Shown here one piece after another: positions 18,197-27,324 of a stretch of DNA of 64,000 bases. The position numbers and the translations under genes are program-made. The notes under the pieces are model-generated. The model saw only the letters and a list, made by a program, of their open reading frames with translations. It searched no databases and was not told the DNA's origin. The DNA lies in assembly GCA_964544665.1 (NCBI GenBank), contig CAZJCQ010000003.1:36850-100849 (forward strand). Reading direction: 5' to 3'. Position 1 is the first letter of the stretch. Every line of letters starts with the position of its first letter. Source of the stretch: an uncultured Chryseobacterium sp. GTDB taxonomy: Bacteria; Bacteroidota; Bacteroidia; Flavobacteriales_D; Sanyastnellaceae.

Positions 18197-19854
18197 AAAA
18201 AAGAATGCAAGCTTTATCCAATGCTAAAAAGATCTTCTTGATCCTTTTTATTGGAATCATATCCCTTGCGGGAACCCAAACCGATACATTATTCGAAATC
18301 ACAAAGAATATTGAGATTTTCACAGATGTGTATCGCACACTTCAAGAATCTTATGTGGACGAGCCTGACCCAGGAAACCTTATTAAAACAGCCATTGACG
18401 CGATGCTCAATAAACTTGATCCGTATACTGTTTATTATCCGGAGTCGCGCATTGAAGAAGCAACCTTTATGCAAACGGGCCAATATGGCGGGGTCGGCAT
18501 TAACACTTCTCGCCGAGAGGATAAAATATTAATTACCGACGTATACAAAGGATTTGGGGCGGATAAGGCAGGACTTGAAATTGGAGATCTCATCATAGCC
18601 ATTGAGGGGCAAAAAGTTTCGAATCTATCCGATGACGAATCCGGAAGAATGATCAAAGGTCAACCAGGTACATCGGTCAACTTGGAGATTCAAAGAGGTA
18701 GCTCTGGAAAAATAGAAACCATACAAGTCAACCGAGAGAATATTAAAAATAAAGATGTTCCTTATTTCGGATTGATTCCCGGAACCAACACCGGATACAT
18801 CAAATTAGAGGGTTTTACCCAAACGGCCTCCGCTGAAGTGCGAGATGCCTTTCAATCTTTAAAAAGTCAAGGCATCCAGCGGCTGGTTTTTGATTTACGA
18901 GGAAACGGCGGTGGACTCTTGCGCGAAGCGGTCAATATTGTCAATTTCTTTGTTCCTAAAGGATCTTCGGTAGTAGAAACAAGAGGAAGAATAGCCGAAT
19001 GGAAAAATCAATATACGGCCATGAACGATCCCTTGGATCTTGAAATTCCCATGATTGTCCTGATTGATGAGCGCTCGGCTTCTGCCAGTGAAATTGTAGC
19101 GGGCTGTTTACAAGACCTAGACCGCGCTGTGATCATTGGTAAAGAGTCTTTTGGGAAAGGGCTGGTCCAGCAAACGGTTGATTTGGCCTACAATGCTAAA
19201 ATGAAACTGACCGTTGCCAAATATTATGTTCCGAGTGGCCGTTGTGTTCAAAGGCTCGATTACTCTCACAGAGATGCCAGTACCGGTAGTGTTAGCACCA
19301 TGGCTGATTCCAGTCTGAAATATTTCAAAACTAAAAATGGAAGAAAAGTGATAGAAGGTCGGGGCATCCAACCTGATATTGCCATGGAGGAACAAAATCA
19401 ATCACCTTGGGTAAAGGAGATGACCAAAAGATATGTACTATTTGATTTTGTAACCCATCACTTCAACTCTTCATCGGTCATCGATACAACAGGAAATTTC
19501 CATATTTCAGAGGACCTTTGGAAACAATTTGAGACGGAACTTGCGCAGAAAAAAATCAAATTTGAATTTGAAGAACTTAAACAACTGCAATCGCTCAAAA
19601 AAGAAATGATTCGACAAAATTTTGCAGAAGAAAAAGACTTTACTGCGCTTGAAGATAAAATGACCACACTCCAACCCGGACAATTGAAACAATGGAAATC
19701 GACTTTGCAATACCTTATTGAAATCGAAAGCATCAGAAGATTAAAAAATGAGCGCTGGTATTACAAACAGATGATTAAAAATGACCCGCTGATCACGCAA
19801 GCGCAATCCATCTTTGACTCCAATTACACATCTATTTTACAACCAAAACCATAA
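18193..19854 (+). CDS. Second S41-family C-terminal processing peptidase (paralogue)
   Basis: PDZ GDLIIAIEG. DLRGNGGG. SASASEIVAGCLQD. FGKGLVQQ. Start placed at ATG 18193 (MKKRMQAL...), giving an ATGA overlap with the rnpA stop. Confidence 0.85.
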   Translation: MKKRMQALSNAKKIFLILFIGIISLAGTQTDTLFEITKNIEIFTDVYRTLQESYVDEPDPGNLIKTAIDAMLNKLDPYTVYYPESRIEEATFMQTGQYGGVGINTSRREDKILITDVYKGFGADKAGLEIGDLIIAIEGQKVSNLSDDESGRMIKGQPGTSVNLEIQRGSSGKIETIQVNRENIKNKDVPYFGLIPGTNTGYIKLEGFTQTASAEVRDAFQSLKSQGIQRLVFDLRGNGGGLLREAVNIVNFFVPKGSSVVETRGRIAEWKNQYTAMNDPLDLEIPMIVLIDERSASASEIVAGCLQDLDRAVIIGKESFGKGLVQQTVDLAYNAKMKLTVAKYYVPSGRCVQRLDYSHRDASTGSVSTMADSSLKYFKTKNGRKVIEGRGIQPDIAMEEQNQSPWVKEMTKRYVLFDFVTHHFNSSSVIDTTGNFHISEDLWKQFETELAQKKIKFEFEELKQLQSLKKEMIRQNFAEEKDFTALEDKMTTLQPGQLKQWKSTLQYLIEIESIRRLKNERWYYKQMIKNDPLITQAQSIFDSNYTSILQPKP

Positions 19855-21467
19855 TGACGGGTTCTATTTTTCAACCAAAAAATTGGGTACTCCTTTGGAT
19901 TGCCTGCTTATTGGTTGGATTGCCGTTGTCTCCGTTTTTAATGTCCATCGGTTCCATCGCGCTCTTTTTACAATGGCTGATTGACGGTATGATGAAGAGA
20001 ATCAACCCTTGGTCTTTACTTACTTATCCCGGAGCGCGCATCTTTCCTTTGATGTATTTACTGGTCATTGTGTCCTTTTTTTGGTCGTCCGATATGGCCT
20101 TCGCTTTTCATGATTTAAGAGTCAAGCTTCCCCTTCTTCTCCTCCCCTTGACAATGACTCCTTACTTGGTAGATATTCATAAAAAGACCCGATTAAAACT
20201 AGAGAATATTTTCATCGGTAGTGTTCTTCTTTCCACCCTCACCTCGGTCTTACTTTACCATCAAATTCTTCCTCTTCTGAATACCATTTTTCATGAAAAA
20301 ATCAAATCCCAGGATGTAAGAGAGTTTTGTGTTTTTACTTCACACATTCGAATGGGACTATTTGTTGCGCTATCCATTTGCATGCTTTGGGCAAGAAATA
20401 TCTCTTCATGGAAAGAGAAAATCCTTTCACTATTGATTTCACTCTTTTTCATTTATTTTCTGATCATCATCGAATCCTTTACTGGTTTAATAGCTGTCGT
20501 ATTGGGAGGGAGTTTGTTTCTATTTCGTTTTGCTAAAATTCAACTCAACAAGAAACAGCGATGGCTCATCTGGCCTGCATTCATTGCACTGATTGGTTTG
20601 GCCTTTTCCTATATCACTTATCAATATTTTTCTTATCAGCACCTAAATGAAGATGCTCACGCCTCTCTTCCTGAACAAACCATCAATGGTCGGATCTATG
20701 ACCAATCACCCGAAAATTTACAGACCGAAAATGGATATTTTGTTTTCAGAAATATTTGCTGGATAGAATTGCAAAAAGAATGGAATTCCAGAAGCACCAT
20801 CGAATTTAATCAGCCCGATCAAACAGGTGCGCAAATTTCCCAGACCTTGATTCGTTATCTAACCTCTAAAGGACTCACCAAGGATAGCGTCGGCGTGCAG
20901 CAACTGACTCCTCAGGATGTTCAATACATTGAACAAGGTATACCTAACTATCGCTACCCCTTAATGAACGGTCTAAACAGGAGACTTAATCGACTTTTTT
21001 TTGAATTTCAAATGATGCGATTAGGGTATCCTCCCAACGGGCATTCGTTGTTTCAACGATTTGTCTATTGGAAAAATGCCCTGCACATTATCAAAGAAAA
21101 CTGGGTGTTGGGTGTAGGAGCGGGCGATGTAAAATCCGCCTTTATTGCACAATATCAGAAACAAAATGATGGACTCAATCCCAACTATCAACTAAGAACA
21201 CATAATCAATATTTAACCTTGATCATCAGTTTTGGAGTCATCGCTTGGTTGTTTATCCCTTATGCTATTTTCACATTGATTAAAACCAGTAAGCGATACT
21301 CATTGATTGCACTGATTTTTGTTTTGATTCTATTGCTCTCCTTTATATCGGAGGATACATTGGAAACCCAAGCAGGTGTGACCTTTGCCGCTTTTTTTAG
21401 CGCGTGGTGGTTGGGTGCTCCACTATGGACTTCAGAAAAGTGGCGACCGAAGTTGGGCTCGTCATGA
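19854..21467 (+). CDS. O-antigen ligase (Wzy_C) family membrane protein
   Basis: At least 10 predicted TM helices, a large loop, and HNQYLTLIISFG near the C-terminus. Confidence 0.65.
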   Translation: MTGSIFQPKNWVLLWIACLLVGLPLSPFLMSIGSIALFLQWLIDGMMKRINPWSLLTYPGARIFPLMYLLVIVSFFWSSDMAFAFHDLRVKLPLLLLPLTMTPYLVDIHKKTRLKLENIFIGSVLLSTLTSVLLYHQILPLLNTIFHEKIKSQDVREFCVFTSHIRMGLFVALSICMLWARNISSWKEKILSLLISLFFIYFLIIIESFTGLIAVVLGGSLFLFRFAKIQLNKKQRWLIWPAFIALIGLAFSYITYQYFSYQHLNEDAHASLPEQTINGRIYDQSPENLQTENGYFVFRNICWIELQKEWNSRSTIEFNQPDQTGAQISQTLIRYLTSKGLTKDSVGVQQLTPQDVQYIEQGIPNYRYPLMNGLNRRLNRLFFEFQMMRLGYPPNGHSLFQRFVYWKNALHIIKENWVLGVGAGDVKSAFIAQYQKQNDGLNPNYQLRTHNQYLTLIISFGVIAWLFIPYAIFTLIKTSKRYSLIALIFVLILLLSFISEDTLETQAGVTFAAFFSAWWLGAPLWTSEKWRPKLGSS

Positions 21468-22359
21468 TTTGACTTTGACCGGTGTCGGCTTCTTCTATGA
21501 TGTGAACATTCAGACCGAGCGGAGACCATCTTCCTGGGTGAATCGGCCTGCGATCTACATACAATCCCACTGCATGAATTCCCGCGCTTGCCGCAAGATG
21601 CAATGGTCCGGTGCTGCAGGCCAACAAGATCGAACTTTCCGAGATATAATCCATAAATGCTGAAAGGGAAAATTCACCACATACGGACTTCACTTGAGGC
21701 AGGTATTGCCCACCAAATTGCGATAATACGGACTGATCCTTCTCGGTACCAGAAATCACCATTTCCCAACCCATTTCCATTAAAATTCCTACCAATTCAT
21801 CATATTGATGCAAGGTCCAATTCAATGCGCTGCCTTGAGAAAAGGGATGTATAATTAACCTTTTCGCTCTGGTCAAATGATTCCATTTAAGTAAAGGAAT
21901 TGCATTCAACTCCGTCAATGAGGGGATGTTCTTTAATCCCAGTGGAAGCAATAGTTTTAGGTTCAATTGAGCTTCATGCAGGTTCGAATTTTTTCGGCCA
22001 AATAATGGTCTACGATTGGCCCACCTCCAAGAGGAAATTCGATGGCCCGTTGCGATCCGCTGCGGAATTTTTGCAAAACTAGCAGCTCGCATCCATCTCG
22101 AATCGGGCAAAGCAAAAATCACCATATCCAATTTCAGATCTTCCAACATTTGAACTTGATCAATTATCGCTGTTGCCCTATCTGCATTCACAAATTGATC
22201 CACCCAAAGACATCGCTCTATGATGGCCTGGGTATAAGATTTACCAAGAAACAACACGCGAGCTCCAGGAAATAGTTGCTTAATATAATAGGCCATCGGA
22301 AGGGTCAGCATGACATCACCAATGCTATCTGTTCGCGATATTAAGATTCTCTTTTCCAT
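21397..22359 (-). CDS. Glycosyltransferase family 9 (LPS heptosyltransferase-like)
   Basis: N-terminus ILISRTDSIGDVMLTLPMAYYIK and C-terminal STGPLHLAAS motif. Confidence 0.75.
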   Translation of the reverse strand: MEKRILISRTDSIGDVMLTLPMAYYIKQLFPGARVLFLGKSYTQAIIERCLWVDQFVNADRATAIIDQVQMLEDLKLDMVIFALPDSRWMRAASFAKIPQRIATGHRISSWRWANRRPLFGRKNSNLHEAQLNLKLLLPLGLKNIPSLTELNAIPLLKWNHLTRAKRLIIHPFSQGSALNWTLHQYDELVGILMEMGWEMVISGTEKDQSVLSQFGGQYLPQVKSVCGEFSLSAFMDYISESSILLACSTGPLHLAASAGIHAVGLYVDRRPIHPGRWSPLGLNVHIIEEADTGQSQIMTSPTSVATFLKSIVEHPTTTR

Positions 22360-23118
22360 CTAATTCCTATGCTGTTGGAAATCGTACCAAAGCTGATACT
22401 TCTTGTAAGCCGCCCAAGACGAACGAATGCACACTTTCCAACCTGCCATTCCATCTAATATACCGCCCTTTACAAAATACATTTGAAAAAACTTTGACAT
22501 CGGAGACAACCACCTCATCCACCAAAATGTCGTTTTTCCGGCTTCTACCTTTTCTCTTGCCATGATGGTGACAAATTTCTCCGCTTGTTTAAAATGATCC
22601 TCTTTGGTGTAATAACTATAATGCAAGCAATCGCCTTGAAGAAATTTTATTTCAACCTTTTCATTATTCATTGATTGAAGCGATTCATGGATGACGCCTT
22701 CCCACTGCACCGCTTTTCTATTAAAAATTCGCCATTTTGCATCAGGATACCAACCACAATGATGAATCCAACTCCCACAATAATTCGTTAGCCTCGCAAA
22801 CGCAGCTGGTTGTAAACCCTCACTCACCATTTGAAGAATAGATTGAATCAATTGCTCACTGAGCGCTTCATCCGCATCCAAAGACAAAATCCAATCATGC
22901 TTGGCCTGCTCATTGGCCTTGTTTTTAGAAATAGAGTAACCTTCCCAAGCAGCTTGAAAAAAACGAACGGGATATTGACTACAGATAAACGCCGTCCTAT
23001 CATCAGAGAAAGAATCCCAAATAACAATGTCGTCACTTACCTTCATTGCAGACTCAATGCAACGCTCAATATTCCGTTCTTCGTTATAGGTAATGATGAC
23101 AACTGATATCGATGACAT
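22360..23118 (-). CDS. Glycosyltransferase family 2 (LPS core type)
   Basis: ISVVIITYNEERNIERCIES and LSLDADE (DxD). Confidence 0.75.
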   Translation of the reverse strand: MSSISVVIITYNEERNIERCIESAMKVSDDIVIWDSFSDDRTAFICSQYPVRFFQAAWEGYSISKNKANEQAKHDWILSLDADEALSEQLIQSILQMVSEGLQPAAFARLTNYCGSWIHHCGWYPDAKWRIFNRKAVQWEGVIHESLQSMNNEKVEIKFLQGDCLHYSYYTKEDHFKQAEKFVTIMAREKVEAGKTTFWWMRWLSPMSKFFQMYFVKGGILDGMAGWKVCIRSSWAAYKKYQLWYDFQQHRN

Positions 23119-23124
23119 AATAAA

Positions 23125-25251
23125 TTATTGTACCACCTCAAATATAATCTGACGCTCCAACAAATCACCTGATTTAACCTTTACCATCACCTCATCTCCC
23201 AAGTGAATCTCCTCTCCTCTGTTATTGACCATGATATATGATTGTTTATCAAAATGAAAATTCCCGAAATCCAAAGAATCGATTGGGACAAAACCCTCAC
23301 ACTTGTTGCCCTTGATCTCTACAAATAGTCCATTATTTGAAAATCCAGAAATCATACCTTCCAATATTTGACCCTTATGCATCAATAGATATTCCACTTG
23401 CTTGTACTTGATACTTGCCCTTTCTGCCTCAGCTGCCTTTTTCTCCATCATGGAATCATGTTTACAGTGCAGGGCCAAAGCATCTTCGCTAATGGGCGCT
23501 TCATTATCCAAATAACGTTGTAATAATCGATGTATAAGTACATCTGGATAACGACGGATAGGTGACGTGAAATGGGTGTAGTCACTAAAGGCCAATCCAT
23601 AGTGGCCAATATTTTGTGTAGAATATTCTGCCTTTGCCATTGATCGAATCGCCATGATTTGCACCATCCCTTCTTCAGGCTGACCTTCGACTCGCGCTAA
23701 AAGTTCTTTGATCACCTTACCTCCGACACTATCGGTAGGGCGCGGAAGTTTGTATCCAAGATGTTTTAAAAAATTACGTAATGCTTGAATTTTTTCTGGA
23801 CTGGGCAAATCATGTACTCGGTAGACACAAGGCCTTGATTGTCCTTGCGCGTTCTTACCTGCAAATTTCGCTACACGTTGATTCGCGAGTAGCATGAACT
23901 CCTCTATCAATTGGTTAGCCTCCTTCATCACCTTTAAATAAACTCCTTCTGGCTTGCCTTGCTCATCCAATTTGAATTTAACCTCTTCACTGCTAAAGTC
24001 GATGCTCCCTTCCTCAAATCTCTTTTTTCGAAGCTTTTTCGCCAATTGATTCAATATTAAAATCTCCTCCTTGAAGTCACCTTCTCCTCCTTCGATGATG
24101 GATTGCGCCTCCTCATAAGTAAATCTGCGATCCGAATGAATAATCGTTCTACCGAACCACTCGCTCTTGATTTGCCCCTTTTCATCCATTTCAAAAACGG
24201 CGGAGAAAGTCATCTTGTCTTCATTCGGTCTGAGCGAGCAGAGCTCATTGGATAATCGCTCCGGCAGCATTGGGATGGTCCGATCTACGAGGTAAACACT
24301 GGTCGCACGTCGCTGCGCTTCTTTATCGATGATAGAATCGGGCTGAACATAAAAAGACACATCCGCGATGTGAACACCCACTTCCACATTTCCATTTTCC
24401 AATTTTTGAAATGACAACGCATCATCAAAATCTTTTGCATCAAATGGATCGATGGTAAAGGTGGTGATCGAGCGAAAATCTCTTCTCTTGGCTATCTCGT
24501 CAGGAGTAAATCCATCTGGCATTTGTTGAGCCGCTAATAGCACTTCATCTGTAAACTCGTAAGGCAATTCAAATTCGGCCATGATGGCGTGCATTTCAAC
24601 ATCATGCACTCCATGCTGTCCAAATACTTGAACCACCTCAGCTAATGGCATGCGTCTTGGGTCCGTCCACTCCGTAATCTTCACTGATACTTTATCTCCC
24701 TCCTTTGCCGTCCCTTTGTGCTGGCCCTTTACAATAAATACGACACCCAAATTTCGGGTTACTGGATGCACTTCGGCATAACCGCCCTTATCACGAAACA
24801 CCCCGACATATTGACTACGAAATCGCTCAACAATCCGGAGCATCTTGGCCTTGGAGCGACGACCCAAATTCTGAACCATCAACTCAACCGTATCTCCAGG
24901 CAATGCTGTGCCATAGTTGCCCTTATCCAACACTAAATCATCCTCTAATCCCGGAACCGAAACATAAGCCTTTCCAAAGCGACTAATGTCAATGACCCCT
25001 ATCAACGTGGCGGCTTTTACTTCTTTCAGCTGAAATTTGCCACGCTCCAATTCCTTCAATCGGCCATCCGCCACTCCTTGATGAAGAATTTCCATCAGCA
25101 ATACCCTTCCTCCCGAGTCTTTAATTCCCAATGCCGCCCCAATCTGCTTATAATTCAACCCTTGCGTAGGTTTCGCCTCTAGCACTTTCCACACTTCTTG
25201 CTGCAACTTCGATTTGAAACTACCAAAAGATCCTTTTTTCTTTATTCTCAT
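23125..25251 (-). CDS. rnr: Ribonuclease R
   Basis: RNB-domain motifs (TIDPFDAKDFDDALS, VYLVDRTIPMLPE, HFTSPIRRYPD) plus a C-terminal S1 domain. Start placed at ATG 25251 (MRIKKKGS...). Confidence 0.9.
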   Translation of the reverse strand: MRIKKKGSFGSFKSKLQQEVWKVLEAKPTQGLNYKQIGAALGIKDSGGRVLLMEILHQGVADGRLKELERGKFQLKEVKAATLIGVIDISRFGKAYVSVPGLEDDLVLDKGNYGTALPGDTVELMVQNLGRRSKAKMLRIVERFRSQYVGVFRDKGGYAEVHPVTRNLGVVFIVKGQHKGTAKEGDKVSVKITEWTDPRRMPLAEVVQVFGQHGVHDVEMHAIMAEFELPYEFTDEVLLAAQQMPDGFTPDEIAKRRDFRSITTFTIDPFDAKDFDDALSFQKLENGNVEVGVHIADVSFYVQPDSIIDKEAQRRATSVYLVDRTIPMLPERLSNELCSLRPNEDKMTFSAVFEMDEKGQIKSEWFGRTIIHSDRRFTYEEAQSIIEGGEGDFKEEILILNQLAKKLRKKRFEEGSIDFSSEEVKFKLDEQGKPEGVYLKVMKEANQLIEEFMLLANQRVAKFAGKNAQGQSRPCVYRVHDLPSPEKIQALRNFLKHLGYKLPRPTDSVGGKVIKELLARVEGQPEEGMVQIMAIRSMAKAEYSTQNIGHYGLAFSDYTHFTSPIRRYPDVLIHRLLQRYLDNEAPISEDALALHCKHDSMMEKKAAEAERASIKYKQVEYLLMHKGQILEGMISGFSNNGLFVEIKGNKCEGFVPIDSLDFGNFHFDKQSYIMVNNRGEEIHLGDEVMVKVKSGDLLERQIIFEVVQ

Positions 25252-25337
25252 TATGGAACGAAGGTAACTAACAATCGATGTTGAATGAAATGATAAAATT
25301 TCCCTAACATTTATTGTCAACCTCTTGAGTCGTTTGG

Positions 25338-25345
25338 TATATTTG
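25338..25345 (+). promoter_or_regulatory. -7 promoter box TATATTTG
   Basis: Lies 17 nt upstream of the ATG at 25363. Confidence 0.35.
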
Positions 25346-25362
25346 ACACAAACAAAAACAAT

Positions 25363-26172
25363 ATGAAAAAAACTTTACTTTCTATTTTAGCTATTGGAAG
25401 CATTACAGCTGCTTCTGCTCAATTGGTTGATCCAAGCTTTGAATCTGGGCCCGCTGCCTACTGGACCGAATTTTCAACCAACTTTGGCACTCCTCTTTGC
25501 GATGGAGGCTGCCTTTCTACTGGACAAACTTTGGCTTATGAAGGGGTGTGGTACTATTGGGGTGGTGTAACTGCAGGCACATTAGAAGAAACTTTAATGG
25601 CGCAGCAAATGATCATTCCTTCCGGTTCTACTGCAACTATTGACTTCCAATTTGGAAACGTGGGTGGTGATGGATCAACTGATGATACCTTTATCATGAG
25701 CATCGATGGTAACCCCATCTTCAGTGTATCTGGTGCAGATACTGCAGCATACCCACTATACACTCCAGTAACTGTAGATATTTCTCAATATGCAGATGGT
25801 GGACAACACTATTTCGCATTTGCTTCCTACCAAGATGGCGGAACTAACTTCTTATTGGATGCTCTTAATATGACAGTTAATGGTCAGACTCAAACTGGAA
25901 TCAATGACTTGGTTAACAGAGAGAAAGAAGTAGTAGTATATCCTAGTCCAGCGAACGAGAACATAAACGTTCAATTCAATCAAGCAGTTTCAGGAAGCGC
26001 TATCATCAGCATTTTTGATGCTACTGGCAGTTTAGTGAACCGTGATCAAGTTAATCAAATCACCAATAAATTATTTACCATGAACGTAACATCTCTTCCA
26101 AATGGAGTTTATTTCATGAATGTAGATAACAACGGAACACAGTTTCAACAACGTTTTGTGGTAGCTCACTAA
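25363..26172 (+). CDS. Secreted jelly-roll-like protein with a T9SS C-terminal sorting domain
   Basis: Signal peptide MKKTLLSILAIGSITAASAQ. C-terminus VVVYPSPANENINVQF...NGVYFMNV...FVVAH. Confidence 0.65.
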   Translation: MKKTLLSILAIGSITAASAQLVDPSFESGPAAYWTEFSTNFGTPLCDGGCLSTGQTLAYEGVWYYWGGVTAGTLEETLMAQQMIIPSGSTATIDFQFGNVGGDGSTDDTFIMSIDGNPIFSVSGADTAAYPLYTPVTVDISQYADGGQHYFAFASYQDGGTNFLLDALNMTVNGQTQTGINDLVNREKEVVVYPSPANENINVQFNQAVSGSAIISIFDATGSLVNRDQVNQITNKLFTMNVTSLPNGVYFMNVDNNGTQFQQRFVVAH

Positions 26173-26193
26173 TCCAAAAGCTACGCTTTAAAA

Positions 26194-26219
26194 AGACCGA
26201 TTCGTCGGTCTTTTTTTTT
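26194..26219 (+). terminator. Rho-independent terminator
   Basis: AGACCGA-ttcg-TCGGTCT followed by T8. Confidence 0.7.
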
Positions 26220-26229
26220 CCCGTTATTC

Positions 26230-26237
26230 TAAATTTG
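26230..26237 (+). promoter_or_regulatory. -7 promoter box TAAATTTG, 4 nt upstream of the miaE ATG
   Basis: TAAATTTG-CAAC-ATG. Confidence 0.4.
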
Positions 26238-26241
26238 CAAC

Positions 26242-26841
26242 ATGTCTGAAAAAGTAATGTTAGGCCTAAAATTACCCACTGATCCCAGGTGGGTAAACAT
26301 CGTAGAAAAGAACATTGAGGAAATCTTAACCGATCATGCTTATTGTGAGCAAAAGGCCGCTTCTAACGCTATTTCATGTATAATCAGATTTCCGGAATAC
26401 CCGGATGTCGTTACAGAAATGGTCCGAATTTCGCGAGAAGAAATGGAACATTTTGGAATGGTTCATCAAGAACTGCTAAAACGCGGATTGAAATTAGGTC
26501 GCGAACGCAAAGATGAGTATGTGCAAGATTTGGCTGACTACATCCGCAGTGGGGGTGGAAGTAAGGAACAGCACTTTGTCGACCGAATGCTCTTTGCTGC
26601 TATGATTGAAGCCCGAAGCTGTGAACGGTTTAGACTTTTATCTTTAGAAATCGCCGATGCTGATCTTAAACAATTTTATCATGAATTAATGGCCAGCGAG
26701 GCAGAGCATTACACCACCTTTATCCATTTTGCCAGGAAATACGCCGGCGATATAGACGTCGATCAAAGATGGCGAGATTTCCTCTCTTTCGAAGCATCGC
26801 TAATGGAAAAATACGGAAAAAAAGAGACCATACATGGCTAA
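26242..26841 (+). CDS. miaE: tRNA-(ms2io6A37) hydroxylase, ferritin-like di-iron
   Basis: PTDPRWV...LTDHAYCEQKAASNAIS and EEMEHF / SEAEHY di-iron ExxH motifs. Confidence 0.75.
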   Translation: MSEKVMLGLKLPTDPRWVNIVEKNIEEILTDHAYCEQKAASNAISCIIRFPEYPDVVTEMVRISREEMEHFGMVHQELLKRGLKLGRERKDEYVQDLADYIRSGGGSKEQHFVDRMLFAAMIEARSCERFRLLSLEIADADLKQFYHELMASEAEHYTTFIHFARKYAGDIDVDQRWRDFLSFEASLMEKYGKKETIHG

Positions 26842-27322
26842 TTTATCTTTTTGTAATAAAGAACAACTTGAAATCATATCTTCTCTGGCCCAGGAAATTT
26901 GGCCAAGCGTATATGATTACATGATTTCTCCTGCGCAAATCAAATATATGCTAGAAAAAATGTACGCTATTTCCGCTTTAGAAAAACAATTCGATCAAGG
27001 ACATCAATTCATTATACTAGAAAACATCGAGCCCATTGGCTTTGCTTCCTATGAACTTTATGCAGGCGAAGGAATGAAACTTCATAAGCTATACTTGAAG
27101 AAAAAAGAACATGGTAAAGGTTGGGGTAAAATGCTTTTAGATAAAGTGATAGAAGAAGGAAGAAAAAACAAAAAACTTTGGATAGAGCTCAATGTCAACA
27201 GAGAAAATCGGTCTATTTCGTTTTATCAATCACAAGGATTTACAATTCAACAGACGGTTGATATTGCAATTGGTGACGGATTTGAAATGAATGATTTTAT
27301 CATGACTAAATCTTTGGATTGA
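26834..27322 (+). CDS. GNAT family N-acetyltransferase
   Basis: Acetyl-CoA loop HGKGWGKMLL. 162 aa. 8-bp overlap with miaE. Confidence 0.7.
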   Translation: MANLSFCNKEQLEIISSLAQEIWPSVYDYMISPAQIKYMLEKMYAISALEKQFDQGHQFIILENIEPIGFASYELYAGEGMKLHKLYLKKKEHGKGWGKMLLDKVIEEGRKNKKLWIELNVNRENRSISFYQSQGFTIQQTVDIAIGDGFEMNDFIMTKSLD

Positions 27323-27324
27323 AA

